DNA of 57,770 nt from Cladosporium halotolerans (lineage: Eukaryota). Below the pieces are notes generated by a model. The model worked only from the letters and a program-made list of their open reading frames with translations. It did not search any database and was not told the DNA's origin. Of the stretch, positions 12,393-23,718 are shown in pieces; positions within the stretch are counted from its first letter, which is position 1, and every line of letters starts with the position of its first letter. The position numbers were made by a program, and so were the translations under genes. Location of the stretch: NCBI RefSeq assembly GCF_011745625.1, contig NW_027191476.1, positions 310,001 to 367,770 of the forward strand. The letters run 5' to 3'.

Positions 12393-13010
12393 AATGAGGG
12401 TCGTGGAAGTAAGAAAAACCTACTGGAACCTACCTTAACATGCCGTAGAGTTTCGATGTGGAAGGAGTCAGGACCTACTGTACAGCTTGATTAGACCAGT
12501 GATGAGCCGGCTATTTTGCTTGCGGCCGTACAAGGCTAAATGTAAGCTGGCTGCTAGATCCAGAGCGGCAGGGGAAGAGCGATGAGGAGACTCGAAGTGA
12601 GGTCCCTCGTGAAGGCCTCCAGTCGCGGGTTCGCGAAATCAGATCTGGCTCCGGAGGCCCGTGCGTCTTCGGCCTCGGCCTGCCGATCTGCTTCACGCTC
12701 TCCGCGTCTCTCGAGCTTCGCGCCAACGAATGCGACAGCCACATTTCTTCCATATCTTCCCTCACATACCAGCACACGCCGGTGGCGACCATGAACTGGG
12801 CGATCATAGCCTGAGTGGGCTCCAGGCTGTTACGGATCACCTTGCCACCGCTCGCGACGCGCGCACACCTCACGCGATCGCGCCCCACCGCACTGAGCCT
12901 TTGCCGCGCCTATTCACCCAAACGATGCCTTTATGACCAGCGTATTGCTGCGAACACCCGCAAGCAATATTGGATAACGCGATTCACGATCGTCCGCGAT
13001 TATCGCCAAC

Positions 13011-16000
13011 ATGCCGGCCTCACGACCGCGTGCGGCGTTCGAGCCCATACCGCCGGACTTCGACGTCAAACAATTAGTAGAGAGCAACAGCAATTTCTCC
13101 TACGTGGATCGGATATCATGTGACATGATCGATCAGCAGGGACTACTCGCATTCGAGAAGCTGGTCCTCCTGCACGTGATTATTGGCGGCAAGCCTTTGG
13201 TGATCGACGGCTTTGAGGACCGCTTGGATCCATGGACTTTTACGCCTCGGTGGCTGCGAGACAATTGCGGCGAGAAAGTGGAGAATGCGCGCAACATTTC
13301 CGGCAAAGACTACATACCATTGACTTTGGCGCATTATCTTAACAACATGGGTGTCCTCACAAATCAATTCTTTGAAACGCCGGGGGCGTACAGGGAGAAG
13401 AACAAGCAGAGAGTCTACCTCAAGGATATCGACTGCCCGGGAGTTTGGTGGGACAAGCTGAAAGAGCATATTCCGAGCACGTTGGCATACCTGAATGACA
13501 GTACGGGCGATATCGGTGGTCCGGGATCCGTTCAGGACGGGCGGCGGCAAGGCAAAGGGATCGCGCATGCAGGCGACCTGATGAGCTCGCTTCCTTCTGA
13601 CATGCGTGCTGAGAACTTGATGTGCTACATCGGACACGAGGGAACCTACACACCATCGCATCGCGAAATGTGTGCCAGTCTGGGACAGAACATTATGGTG
13701 GAAGCAAGTGGCTCGTTCGACGAAGACGGCAAGCCGGAGAAACCCGGCAGTTCGATATGGTTCATGACGGAGTCCAAAGACCGCCATCTGGTTTCGGAAT
13801 ACTGGCTTAGCGTCCTGGGCCACGACATCGAAGTCGAGGACCACTTCGCACAGGTTGTGGCCTGGAAGAAGTCACCTTTCAACATTTATGTTGTCGAACA
13901 GCGTCCTGGAGATTTCATCCTAATCCCGCCTCTCGCGCCCCACCAAGTCTGGAATCGCGGCACCAGGACTATGAAGGTCGCGTGGAATCGCACAACTGTT
14001 GAGACCCTCGAAATGGCGCTGGCCGAAGCATTACCACGCAGCCGCATCGTTTGTCGCGATGAGCAGTATAAGAACAAAGCCATCGTTTACTATACTCTCC
14101 AAAAGTACTCGAGTCTGTTGGTCCTTGCACAGCAGACAGCCTCACGTATGCCCACCGACGTCGGTCATCAGATGTTGTACAAGGGTAAAGTGAGGCAATT
14201 GCAAAAAGATTTTAAAAAACTCTTCGCATTGTATCGTGAGATTCTGCTCACTGAAATGTTCAACCCCGACGAGCCTGCACCGAAGAACATCGAATATCTC
14301 CCCTTTGACTCTAACGTCACCTGCGCGTATTGCAGAGGCAACATTTTCAACCGTTTCCTATCATGTGGATCTTGTAAGGACATGCTCGGGCACCACGCCG
14401 ATGATGCCGAAGGTGACCCTTACGACGTCTGCCTGGAGTGCTTCGCCATGGGCAGGTCTTGCTGGTGCATCAGTGGACTCAAATGGGTAGAGCAGTTCCG
14501 ATGGAAAGAGCTGGCTTCAAAATACGAGACCTGGCGTAATTTGATTATCGCTCTGGACGGCGGCCAAGTCACGGACAAGACTCCGCTGACGCTGATTGAG
14601 GAGCGCAGGCGGTACGGCAAGAGGACGTTGGCTGAGGTCTGCAAAGATCAACTGAAGCGTCGTCCGTTCAAAGACATGCACAAGCCGGTCGAAGAGCCGA
14701 AATCTGACGCCGAGGAAGACGAGGAGATTATCGTTGGCGATGACGGCATGGTCAAGAAAATTCAAAAGAAGAAGAGCAAGACTTGGCTGAAGAACAACCT
14801 GCCTTGCCATGTCTGCTGCCATCGTCACGCTGTCTGGAAAATGGCTTTTTGTACAACCTGCGATCGGGGCTGGTGTTACGGTTCGCTTTTCAGAGGATGG
14901 GACAAGATGCCGCTCGAGATTATGGAGGACCCGGCCTGGAAGTGCCCACACTGCCTCGGGATCTGTTTCGCCGGTGCTTGCAAACGGGAGGGCAAAATGC
15001 AGCCGTACGAGCCGAAGGGCACATTGCTCGGCCACGACACGAAAAAGGTGGCGGATGTCCGCAGCGTCGAGGCTCTTGTCGATTTCAGCGTCAGCAATCT
15101 CAACTGGATTAAGGACGACGAAGCGCTTCCCAGGTCGGAATCGAAGCGTATGAACCGCGCGAAAGCTGACGCTCAGAAAGCGAAGGAGAACGATCCAGAA
15201 GTTGAGGACGACGATGATCACTATGACGACCAGGTAGTGGACCAGAGCCAGGTCGAATATGACAACTCGCCTCTTCCGCCAACGCAGATTGATCCAGCGC
15301 TTACGGGCGGCGTGCCTGAGAACGACGCTGACTCCGACGCTTATTTCGCGCGCCGTCTGCAACAGGCCAACAATCCGGAAAATGCCTCTGCAACAACTAA
15401 TGGAGCTCCGGCTCAAAGCGCGCCCGATGGCTACTCTGCTGTCCAGACGGCTGGATACGTGGCCCCGCATGCTCAGATGTATGGTGGAGTAGATGATAAC
15501 GATGCCACATACTACCTCGATCCGTACCTCCGCCCCGGCAGTGTTGAGCCCATGAATGATGGCGACGACCCTTCTTTCGCCGACGATCTCAATAAGCGCA
15601 AGCGGGATAGCGAAGAAGGCGACGACGACGAGATTGCCATGACCAAAGGCAAGCGATCGAAGAAACCCCGCCTCACCGGAGCGGGGTTCAAAAGCGTGGA
15701 TCTTGCGGACCCTGCGCCGTCAATGTCTAAGAATGATGTTCAGCGTCAATTTGGGAAGGAGAAGGAACGCAAGGCTGTCGAAAAGGCGAAGGCGGACGGT
15801 CGTTTCATCATCATGCAAGCCGCGCTTAAGAAGAAGAAGCGCATCGTTAAGCTTCCCGTCTCCAGTCAAGGACTCCGTGAAATTCTTGCTGCTAGGCAGG
15901 CAGTTCAAGCGGCTGAGATGGCGGCGGCCGCGCTGGCAGCTGAGAATACTAACGGACACACGGCTGCGGAGCAAGCTCCTCAGCAGGGTGACGATCAACC

Positions 16001-16970
16001 TATACTGACTACCGACATTTTGAAGAGTGACATCGCTCCGCGGAGGAACGAAAAGGCCTACCATAAGCGGAGAGAGGAGGAAGGCCACGTTATTACGAGT
16101 AAGACGAAGAAAGCTCTAATCCCGGTCGAGAAGGACGACAACTACGGCTATCGGTCGATGGAGAAACGCCCTGCGAATACCGCGGCATCGAAGCGCCCGG
16201 GACGTAAAGCAGCATCAACCCATGTCGATTACGAAGAAGTCGACGTTGGCTCAGACTTAGAAGAGGAGACGTTTGCTGTTCCTCAAGCAAGCAGCACATC
16301 ACGCACGAATAAGCGCCGTTCGATCCCAACCTACCTCAGGAATCGACATGACGAAGACGACCAGGAGATGCCCGATACGCCTCCGGACGACACTGAAGAA
16401 ATCCCCCGGGCCCGCCGGACCGACGCTACGACATCATTAGCGACAGGGGTGAATTCGAACCCGAATTCGAGCCCAAACGCGAGTCAACGCAGACGTGGGA
16501 GACCGCCGGCCGGCAAGCGGCCCAGCCTGCACCCCACCGCTGCGACCTCCGTAGCCGAAGGCAACGGCAACAGCAACGTCGCGGGGTCGGAATCGGGGGA
16601 CGGCGATGCCTTAGCGTCGATGCAGACTTCCGCGCGCGGGACCCCTGTGAATTCGTCCAGAGCAGGCGTAGGCGCCTCTGGCCAGAAGCCTTCGAGCGTG
16701 CGCCAGAGCGGCACGCCGGATTCTGTGGCGCAGAGACAGACTGTGATCGACGAGGAGAACCGCATCGCGAAGCTGCAGGCCCTCCAGATGGTGGAGGATG
16801 CGCTTCCGGGGGCTTCAACGACGTCGACTGGCTCAATCGCTAGAGGAATGATGGGCAAGGGGCAGGCGAACAATGTCAGCTTGGCCGATGGTCTGGACGA
16901 CGAGAGCAGTGACGACGATATCGAGAGCGTGCCTGCCAAGAGCGGCCGGCCTGTACATGCAAAGCGATGA
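13011..16970 (+). CDS. JmjC-domain protein with Cys-rich zinc fingers and AT-hook (putative histone demethylase)
   Basis: YLKDIDCP, GTYTPSHREMC (HxE), QRPGDFILIPPLAPHQVWN (distal His); two Cys clusters (CAYC..CGSC..CLEC; CHVC..CTTC..WKCPHCLGIC); RRRGRPP AT-hook. Confidence 0.9.
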   Translation: MPASRPRAAFEPIPPDFDVKQLVESNSNFSYVDRISCDMIDQQGLLAFEKLVLLHVIIGGKPLVIDGFEDRLDPWTFTPRWLRDNCGEKVENARNISGKDYIPLTLAHYLNNMGVLTNQFFETPGAYREKNKQRVYLKDIDCPGVWWDKLKEHIPSTLAYLNDSTGDIGGPGSVQDGRRQGKGIAHAGDLMSSLPSDMRAENLMCYIGHEGTYTPSHREMCASLGQNIMVEASGSFDEDGKPEKPGSSIWFMTESKDRHLVSEYWLSVLGHDIEVEDHFAQVVAWKKSPFNIYVVEQRPGDFILIPPLAPHQVWNRGTRTMKVAWNRTTVETLEMALAEALPRSRIVCRDEQYKNKAIVYYTLQKYSSLLVLAQQTASRMPTDVGHQMLYKGKVRQLQKDFKKLFALYREILLTEMFNPDEPAPKNIEYLPFDSNVTCAYCRGNIFNRFLSCGSCKDMLGHHADDAEGDPYDVCLECFAMGRSCWCISGLKWVEQFRWKELASKYETWRNLIIALDGGQVTDKTPLTLIEERRRYGKRTLAEVCKDQLKRRPFKDMHKPVEEPKSDAEEDEEIIVGDDGMVKKIQKKKSKTWLKNNLPCHVCCHRHAVWKMAFCTTCDRGWCYGSLFRGWDKMPLEIMEDPAWKCPHCLGICFAGACKREGKMQPYEPKGTLLGHDTKKVADVRSVEALVDFSVSNLNWIKDDEALPRSESKRMNRAKADAQKAKENDPEVEDDDDHYDDQVVDQSQVEYDNSPLPPTQIDPALTGGVPENDADSDAYFARRLQQANNPENASATTNGAPAQSAPDGYSAVQTAGYVAPHAQMYGGVDDNDATYYLDPYLRPGSVEPMNDGDDPSFADDLNKRKRDSEEGDDDEIAMTKGKRSKKPRLTGAGFKSVDLADPAPSMSKNDVQRQFGKEKERKAVEKAKADGRFIIMQAALKKKKRIVKLPVSSQGLREILAARQAVQAAEMAAAALAAENTNGHTAAEQAPQQGDDQPILTTDILKSDIAPRRNEKAYHKRREEEGHVITSKTKKALIPVEKDDNYGYRSMEKRPANTAASKRPGRKAASTHVDYEEVDVGSDLEEETFAVPQASSTSRTNKRRSIPTYLRNRHDEDDQEMPDTPPDDTEEIPRARRTDATTSLATGVNSNPNSSPNASQRRRGRPPAGKRPSLHPTAATSVAEGNGNSNVAGSESGDGDALASMQTSARGTPVNSSRAGVGASGQKPSSVRQSGTPDSVAQRQTVIDEENRIAKLQALQMVEDALPGASTTSTGSIARGMMGKGQANNVSLADGLDDESSDDDIESVPAKSGRPVHAKR

Positions 16971-17187
16971 GGGAAGATAGGCGACTGGTGTATGTAAAGG
17001 CGAAGTTTGAGGACGTTATCGCCATTCTTTGAGCGTTTGAGCAGGGTGTTCTTGGAGGACAAGACGGGTAATCATCGGCAACAGCGACTTGGCCAACGCC
17101 ATCTCATGGTTCTCTGTCGTCAACAATTGGTGCGTGTGCGTGTGTATGGACAGACCAATTGTACCATACGACAGTCTTACCCCAAAC

Positions 17188-17214
17188 GAACATCAATATG
17201 AACATCAATATGAA
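17188..17214 (+). repeat. 12-bp tandem duplication (GAACATCAATAT)x2 + GAA
   Basis: Seen directly, in the 3' region of the JmjC gene. Confidence 0.8.
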
Positions 17215-20122
17215 GTAGCTTCAAATGATCGCAGATCCGATCTACAGCCTGTCGTTACGTCCCGACCCTTGCAGTTGACATTATCCACGGAAAAGGTGCC
17301 CTGTCCGAACCCGCGGAGCCTCATACTAATCAGGCCACCAAGCCGTTCCAGATCGTCTGTCAACCGCACGAGGAATCGCCGCCAGAAAGCCTTAAAAGTG
17401 CCAACATGAAACCACATTACTCAGCAAGCTTTGCGCTGTAATAAACCTTACCACTGTACAGGCAAAAGTACCACGCGCACAGCGGTAGGCGCGCGCGGCA
17501 CTCTGACAACCATTGTTCTCTCGATCCGCACGGAGCCCTGCACGTAACGCGCTAGGCACCCATATCACGCGCATGCGACCATGACACCCGAGCGGCACTC
17601 GGCATACGTAGACAGATAGAGAAATAAACAAAACACCTGCTGCTGTGGAAGCACGTGCGAGCGGCAATCGCCCACTGCCAATGTACATATAGCATATGCA
17701 CTGCAGATAAGGCGAAGTGGACTCCGTGGATAAGAGCAGAGGAATGCCGGGAGTGAGAGAACCACAAAAGGAGTCGGCCCCATCGTGCCCGTGACTGATG
17801 ACAGGGGACTCTGCTTGGCCGTGCCCATGTTTTTACCAAATGCAGTGGGCTGGCGCCCAGCGGCCAGACGGCTGTGGGGCGTCACGCGTTCTCCCTCTTG
17901 TACTTTCCTGCTCTGGTTCGGTAAATATGCCCCTCGCACGGCAGGAAACACGTTGGCCGTGGAGTGCAGTAGTTCTGAGGATCACGAACAAGCATGTCGA
18001 GCAGGGGAAAAGAACCCGCGGAGCCAGCAACGAGATTGTGCTCCACAGTCGTGCGCAATGCATGTGCGCGGCGCTGTCGCAGCTCTGCGAGCAGCTCAGC
18101 GGCAGCAGCGGCAGCAAGGCCCAGCAGAGCAGCCAGAAACAGCCATCGAAACCTTGCGACATCCGAGTTCCGCCGCCGCGCAGCTCCTAGCTGCTCGCGC
18201 GCGCCATGGCCGACGCACGCACAAACCTACTTCCAGCCTTGCCCGGCCGGCGACATGCAGCTAGGCTACGTGCCCCCCGTGCAGCCGGACGGCACGCCCC
18301 TCCCACGTTGCGCTGTGCTACGAAGACAGCAGCACAGCAGCAGCAGCGGGCGTGCTGCATACGGCTGCCTGAGCGAGCCGCTCAAGGCCGGTGCCGTACA
18401 CGTGTGAGCGGTAAACTGGGGCGAGGGGGCGCGAGCAATTCACTGTGGAGGCCAAGTAGAGTTTGTGCGCTAGTCGAAGTCTGTACTGTGCTCTACTTGG
18501 ACGGCCTGCCTTGGCGCGCGTGGTGTTGCGAGACATCCTACTCGTGTAACGTCCGCTGCAGAGCTTCTGGTGCGCGAAGGAGTCGGTCTGCGGTAGGTGC
18601 TGAGAGTTCGTGGGGACTGTGTGGCTTCTGGCTTGGGCGGGTGACACTTAAGCCCGCTATCGGCGATATGGCGGTGCCCTTTGCGCTGGAAGTAGGCGCG
18701 TAGGCCGAATGGATGGGACGACATGCGGTGAACGAGCGGTACTGTTTCTTGCGATATTTTGTGTTACTTGAGATTGTGAGGACCGGTGAAGTCGGTGTGA
18801 CACGTGTGAGCGTCTAACCAGCGGCTATGAGTCCGAAGAAATCAAGGAGGGAAATTACGTGAGACTCGGAGACAGCTCCCGTGACTATAAAGGAAGTGCA
18901 TAGTGTGTAGTGTAGCGTAGCGTGATATAGTGACCTCTTCCAAGAGCAAACAAGCTGAATTAAAGCATCACCAAACCAGAAAAAAGGAGGTGAAAGGGAA
19001 AATCCCAGAAACTCCTGCTTCCATAGATTTCGCTTGGATGCCTGTCGGTGCCGTTGGATTTCTGAGATCTTTCCCCAGGCTATGCCGTAGAAGGGCAGGG
19101 AAAAACAGCACGAAAGTTTTGAAAAGAAGCTTCAAACAAGTGGCAATGCTCTCGTCTAAGCGTCGTTTGTCAGTCGAATAACCCTTTCAAGCTTCTTGAT
19201 GTCTGTATTGCCTCTGAGTGAGATAAAATTCATTCATTGTAGCAAGTAAGGTGTTTAAAAGGTTGAGTACGGCTTTTCAGTGTAGTCCTCTATGTATGTG
19301 GTGTAGTGTGATCTTTTCAGAGGTGCAACTCCGAGGATAATATTAATCACTGTAGAGACCAGAAATCAACCGCGATTGGATCCTAGTCAGGTCTGATAAA
19401 CTGCTTGGCATACGAGCCTTTATGGTCGAGGTCGTGTAGGTGAAGGCCGAAGTAAGATTAGTCGAGTGTCGCATCGTGCCAGCGCGGCTAAATCGCCAAG
19501 GATGCATCTGCCGCTGCCCTGCTATTGACGGCGTTCCCTTCCAACAATCCATCAATAGCAGCGCAGCGGTAAGCTGATTTCGAAGACCTCCAGGTGGGCG
19601 AAGGCCCACGCGGCTCGCCAGGACGCCACCTAATGCCGCCCTGCAGGACCTACGTGCTCACGCCAGTGCGGGCTCTGCGAATGACGGTCCGCCTTGCAAG
19701 CCTCCCGTGCACGCGTCCGAGACGACGGCCAATGCCGCTGCTGTGACGAGGCAGCCATGCGAGCCCGCCACGCTGCTGTGCGCTTCCTTCACGCAAGAAG
19801 CCCCCTTGCGCTTCTGGGGACTTCGGCCTCGCCGGTCCAAAGACGTGCAGCTCTGCTGACTCGAGCGGCCGCCGCGTTGGCGGCAAGTGGGAGTGGCGTC
19901 TAGGCTGGGCTGCCGCGGTGGACCCCGGAGTGGCACACGTGATATTGTGACGACGTCGGTCGGGGATGCACCGCAAGATCAAGAAGATTTCGGGCTCTCC
20001 TGCGACATGTGCATTAGCCCTGCGTGACACCGCTTGCTGGATGCGGATAGTGGAGGACACACGCGCGGGCGCTGCTCGCTGAGGCTTGCGCAGATTGGGT
20101 AAGGCAGCGACTCAGACTGACG

Positions 20123-20431
20123 TTAGCTACGACCGGCAGCTTGCTGATCACCCGCATGGGTTGAACGCCAGTATCGGTCGACCGCACGCTCGGCTGCGTC
20201 GCCCTGGAAGCGCGACCGGAAGTAGTTGAAGACCGCGAATTCGTCCATCGTGAGCAGGTACGAGTCTGGCTGGGCGTCTAGGCGCCTCTGAATATCGGTG
20301 ACTGCTTCCTCGAGGTAGGCGGTAACGCTAGGATCGAGATCTCCTTCGGTGTTGCGAGCGATGTCGATAGCTCGTTGGTAAGTAAGCTGGCCGATGCCAT
20401 CGATCTCGTCGGGGTTGATGTTGCCGCCCAT
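20123..20431 (-). CDS. Small conserved-looking fungal hypothetical protein (102 aa; alternative start 20542)
   Basis: ACCATGG context, coding-like codon use, globular helical composition (LTYQRAIDIARNTEGDLDP...YLLTMDEFAVFNYFRSRF...AVDRYW). Confidence 0.75.
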   Translation of the reverse strand: MGGNINPDEIDGIGQLTYQRAIDIARNTEGDLDPSVTAYLEEAVTDIQRRLDAQPDSYLLTMDEFAVFNYFRSRFQGDAAERAVDRYWRSTHAGDQQAAGRS

Positions 20432-22919
20432 GGTGGAGGATGAAGTAGAGATGGTGCGGTAGAGGTGAAGACGATCAGGTGAAGACGAGGCGCGCGAAGG
20501 AGGACTTGGATAGGCGGGAGCAGGAAATGTGAGGATGGACATGTTCGCTTTATTATTCAACGCAGGACGTGGTGATGGTCTGCGCTGGCAGTGGCCTCCC
20601 TGGACCGAATGGAATTGGGCAGTGTGCAGGACGTGTGAGGGCAGCGATTGTTTGGCGAAGGGACGATGCCTGCTTACCGCGTGCCTCGAGCGTCTACTTA
20701 GTATATCACCTGCAACGTGACTAGCAAGCTTCGACGAGACTCCGTAACGCCAGCCCTCCACTGGTGCTGGAACCCACAGCATCGCCCGGGGTGCCGCCAA
20801 GGCATTCCGGGTAGCTTTCTGTCGTCGCAGACCAGCCAGTGGTGCAGCACATCGTGCTCAGTGGTGGAAGGCTAAACACAAGCCTAGTACAGTAAGGACG
20901 GCTGGCGCCGACGGGCGATGTTGTTAGACGGGCGGCTTGCCAGTCTGCAACGATGAAGCTTGAGCTCCACCAGTGGCGTGCGTGCGCGCACAGATAGTTG
21001 ACGCCGCAAGAATCATCGAAGGGTGGAGACCGTCCTTCGGCAGATAAATCGGACTCCACCATCTGTGCGAACCTATCATGAACCGTAAGGCGTACAGTTC
21101 TCGTCGCATCGTTCCCCGACGCGGCAAGATGTCGCGCTTGGGGTGGCGGCATCTGCAGGCTTGCAGAATGGTAGACGCGAAGGCGCATCTGCGTCTGCCG
21201 TGACCGAGTTGCCCTACTGTACACGCAGGCGAGGCGTGCCGGCCGGACCACCGAGTGCAACAACCCACGCTGCAGCAAGGGTGAAAACAAGGTTGGGAAC
21301 TAGCAAACTCAGCTCCCTCCCGAGCCACATGGCTATTTTGACTTTCCTTGAGGTCGTCACCACAAACCGCGGTGCTTAGCTACTGCATAGGGTCGTGGCA
21401 CCTGCCACATCTAGGGCGTATTTTGGTCTTGTCCTCTCACGATGTGCATCTGTAACGAGGCCCAAGCGCGATGGCCCGGTACGGTAGATGGCGCTCCGAT
21501 CTGGCCATCACTCTTACCGTATCAAGCTGGAGCGGAGCAATCACATTTTCTCCGGTGGAATCGCGCGCTATGCCCGCCGCAAGGATCCATGAAGAGTTGC
21601 TCCATTCTCCCCCATTGTGCTTCTTCTAATACCATGCTGGAGTGCGGATTTGGTCGGAGCAGCGTCTATTGCACAGCGTAATTCGCAGTACATCATCATG
21701 AAGCTGCGCATCACTCGGCGCGCCCAGGCTTGCACGCCCAAGCGAATGGGGCAATTTATGATCGACCGGCACGTAGAAGATGCCAATATCCGTGCCCACA
21801 TATGTCCTGCGTAAGTACTATGCAGGCGGGCTGCGTAAAGGATCCCTTAGCAGTGTTGAGATTGTGAACATGATCCTTCAAGGCAGCCTGACGCAATTGA
21901 TGCGCGGCGCAACAGGCTGTCTCCGGGCATCCGCCTTTCATGGGTCATATCCAACAATTTCGCTCGTCTGTAGAATGATAAAGACCAGGGAACGCTTACA
22001 ATGGATTATGCGGACGAGGTTGGCTCGCTCGGACTCGCTGTTACGTTCAAGGGCGTCCTGCAATCAAGCGAAGTCCCTCAGGAATTTGCACTGGTCCTAG
22101 GGCACTGGTCGTACGGTTCGTCTCCCGTATGCGAGCCGAATTTCGCGAACGTTTGTGCTCGCGTGCAATTATTCAGGAGCCGCCTTTGTCATGGCAAGCA
22201 CGGAGGCGACACATCGCATGTAGGGCAGCCCTGGCCAGACGCCGCGGAGTGCCGTGTAAGCGAGTGGGCGGTTCGATTCAATGCAGTTTCGCTCCAGCTT
22301 TCTGGCTTTGAACCGGAGATAGAAGGCACGGGAACAACTGGCGTTGGCGTCTTCTGGACCGATTTTGAACCCTCAAAGACGGTTGAAGGCCGGTACGTGG
22401 CGTGGGCCTAACTTCGGCCCTCTAGCCTAAAAGCGCGAAGGAAGCCCTGGATGCGTGTGCGAGGCGTGTCTGACTCGCAGACTTCGAGCTGCAAGTGATA
22501 TGCGAAGGGCCAGTCTGGCACGCCTACAGAGGGCGGCCCCACGCGAGGGCGGCAGTTAAGGGTGCGTGTTCAGTCATGCTCGGTAGTTGAGCTGGGTCGC
22601 GAAATGCCGAGCTCGACGGTTTCACGTTGCACATGTTTTGCCTGAAGAGAATGTGACGCGATGGCCATGCTCCGCCGAAAGCCATGCACGTTTAATGACT
22701 CGTCGGCAGCTCTTCAACGGGAGGGCCCGAGCCTCCAGGCAGCCAGCCTTGCTGCCTGAGGGGAGCAGCTCCCGGCTCTATCGGGGATAGCTGGAAACCT
22801 TGTCCGGGCTGTTTCTCCATCACAGTCAACATGATGTAGGCACGTAGGCCTCTGTATAGGCAGCAACACTCTCATCAGTCGCGCAGGTAGAATCACGCGC
22901 TGGAAGTCCTACAGCAACA

Positions 22920-23718
22920 ATGTTTGTCTCTTCCCGGATGGCTCAGCTTCTGCGCCAGAAGCCCATGCAAGAGTCCATCCTCCAAGCCGTAGCACGGAGG
23001 ACCTTCATCAAGCCGACACCTTTGCGCCAACGTCCAAGCAACTTGTCGAGAACACACTTCACCGCGCGAAACACGAGATCGCAATCATTACGATCATGGC
23101 AGGCTGCCTACCGTGACCTCCTCCTACGACCCTTCCGCAACATCCGATTCAATTCTTCGAAGCAATCTCCTCGTCTTAATCCAACACCACACCTCGGCAG
23201 TCCCGAACCCACAGGCGTCAAGGCGCGTCTGAAAAAACTCTCCAAAGAATATGGTTGGGTGGCGCTGGGCGTGTACCTTGGATTGAGCGCGCTGGACTTC
23301 CCTTTCTGCTTTTTGGCAGTGCGACTTGCTGGGCCTGAAAGGATAGGACAGATCGAGCACACAATTCTGACGAGCGTCAAATCCATAACGGAGCCTGTAT
23401 GGAAGATGCTGGAACCCATAGTTGGAGATTTCCGAAAAGAGAAGAAGGCGGTGGAAGAGGCTGGTGAGGCTGTGGAGGATGCCGGGGAGCATGCTGAGAG
23501 ACGTCCCGCTCCTGCTAGTACGTTGATCTTGTAAGTTCTCCAAGGGACACCCGCTGATGAATTGCGCAGGCATCTGGACGGAACTTGCCCTCGCTTATGG
23601 CATTCACAAAACCATTGTCATTTTCCTCAGAGTGCCGCTGGCTGTAGCCCTGACGCCTAAAGTAGCAAAGACGCTACGTAGCTGGGGCTATCAGGTTGGA
23701 CGCAAGAAGGGCTCATGA
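22920..23718 (+). CDS. NAT2: FAM210/DUF1279 mitochondrial membrane protein (Nat2-like); exons 22920-23517, 23570-23718
   Basis: LKKLSKEYGWVALGVYLGLSALDFPFCFLAVR; after intron GTACGT...CAG: SIWTELALAYGIHK...RVPLAVALTPKVAKTLRSWG; presequence-like N-terminus. Confidence 0.85.

Noticed and set aside
19240..19325. U2 snRNA-like words (GTGTAGT, CTTTTCAG)
   Set aside because: Lacks GTGTAGTATCTGTTC, the U2 5' end and an Sm site.
17400..20100. Telomerase RNA, suggested by the ~2 kb size, a pseudoknot-like U-rich stem-loop and a terminal donor-like site
   Set aside because: No TAACCCTAA-type template on either strand (only ATAACCCTT at ~19180), and no clear Sm site or CR4/5 element; kept only as a generic ncRNA candidate.
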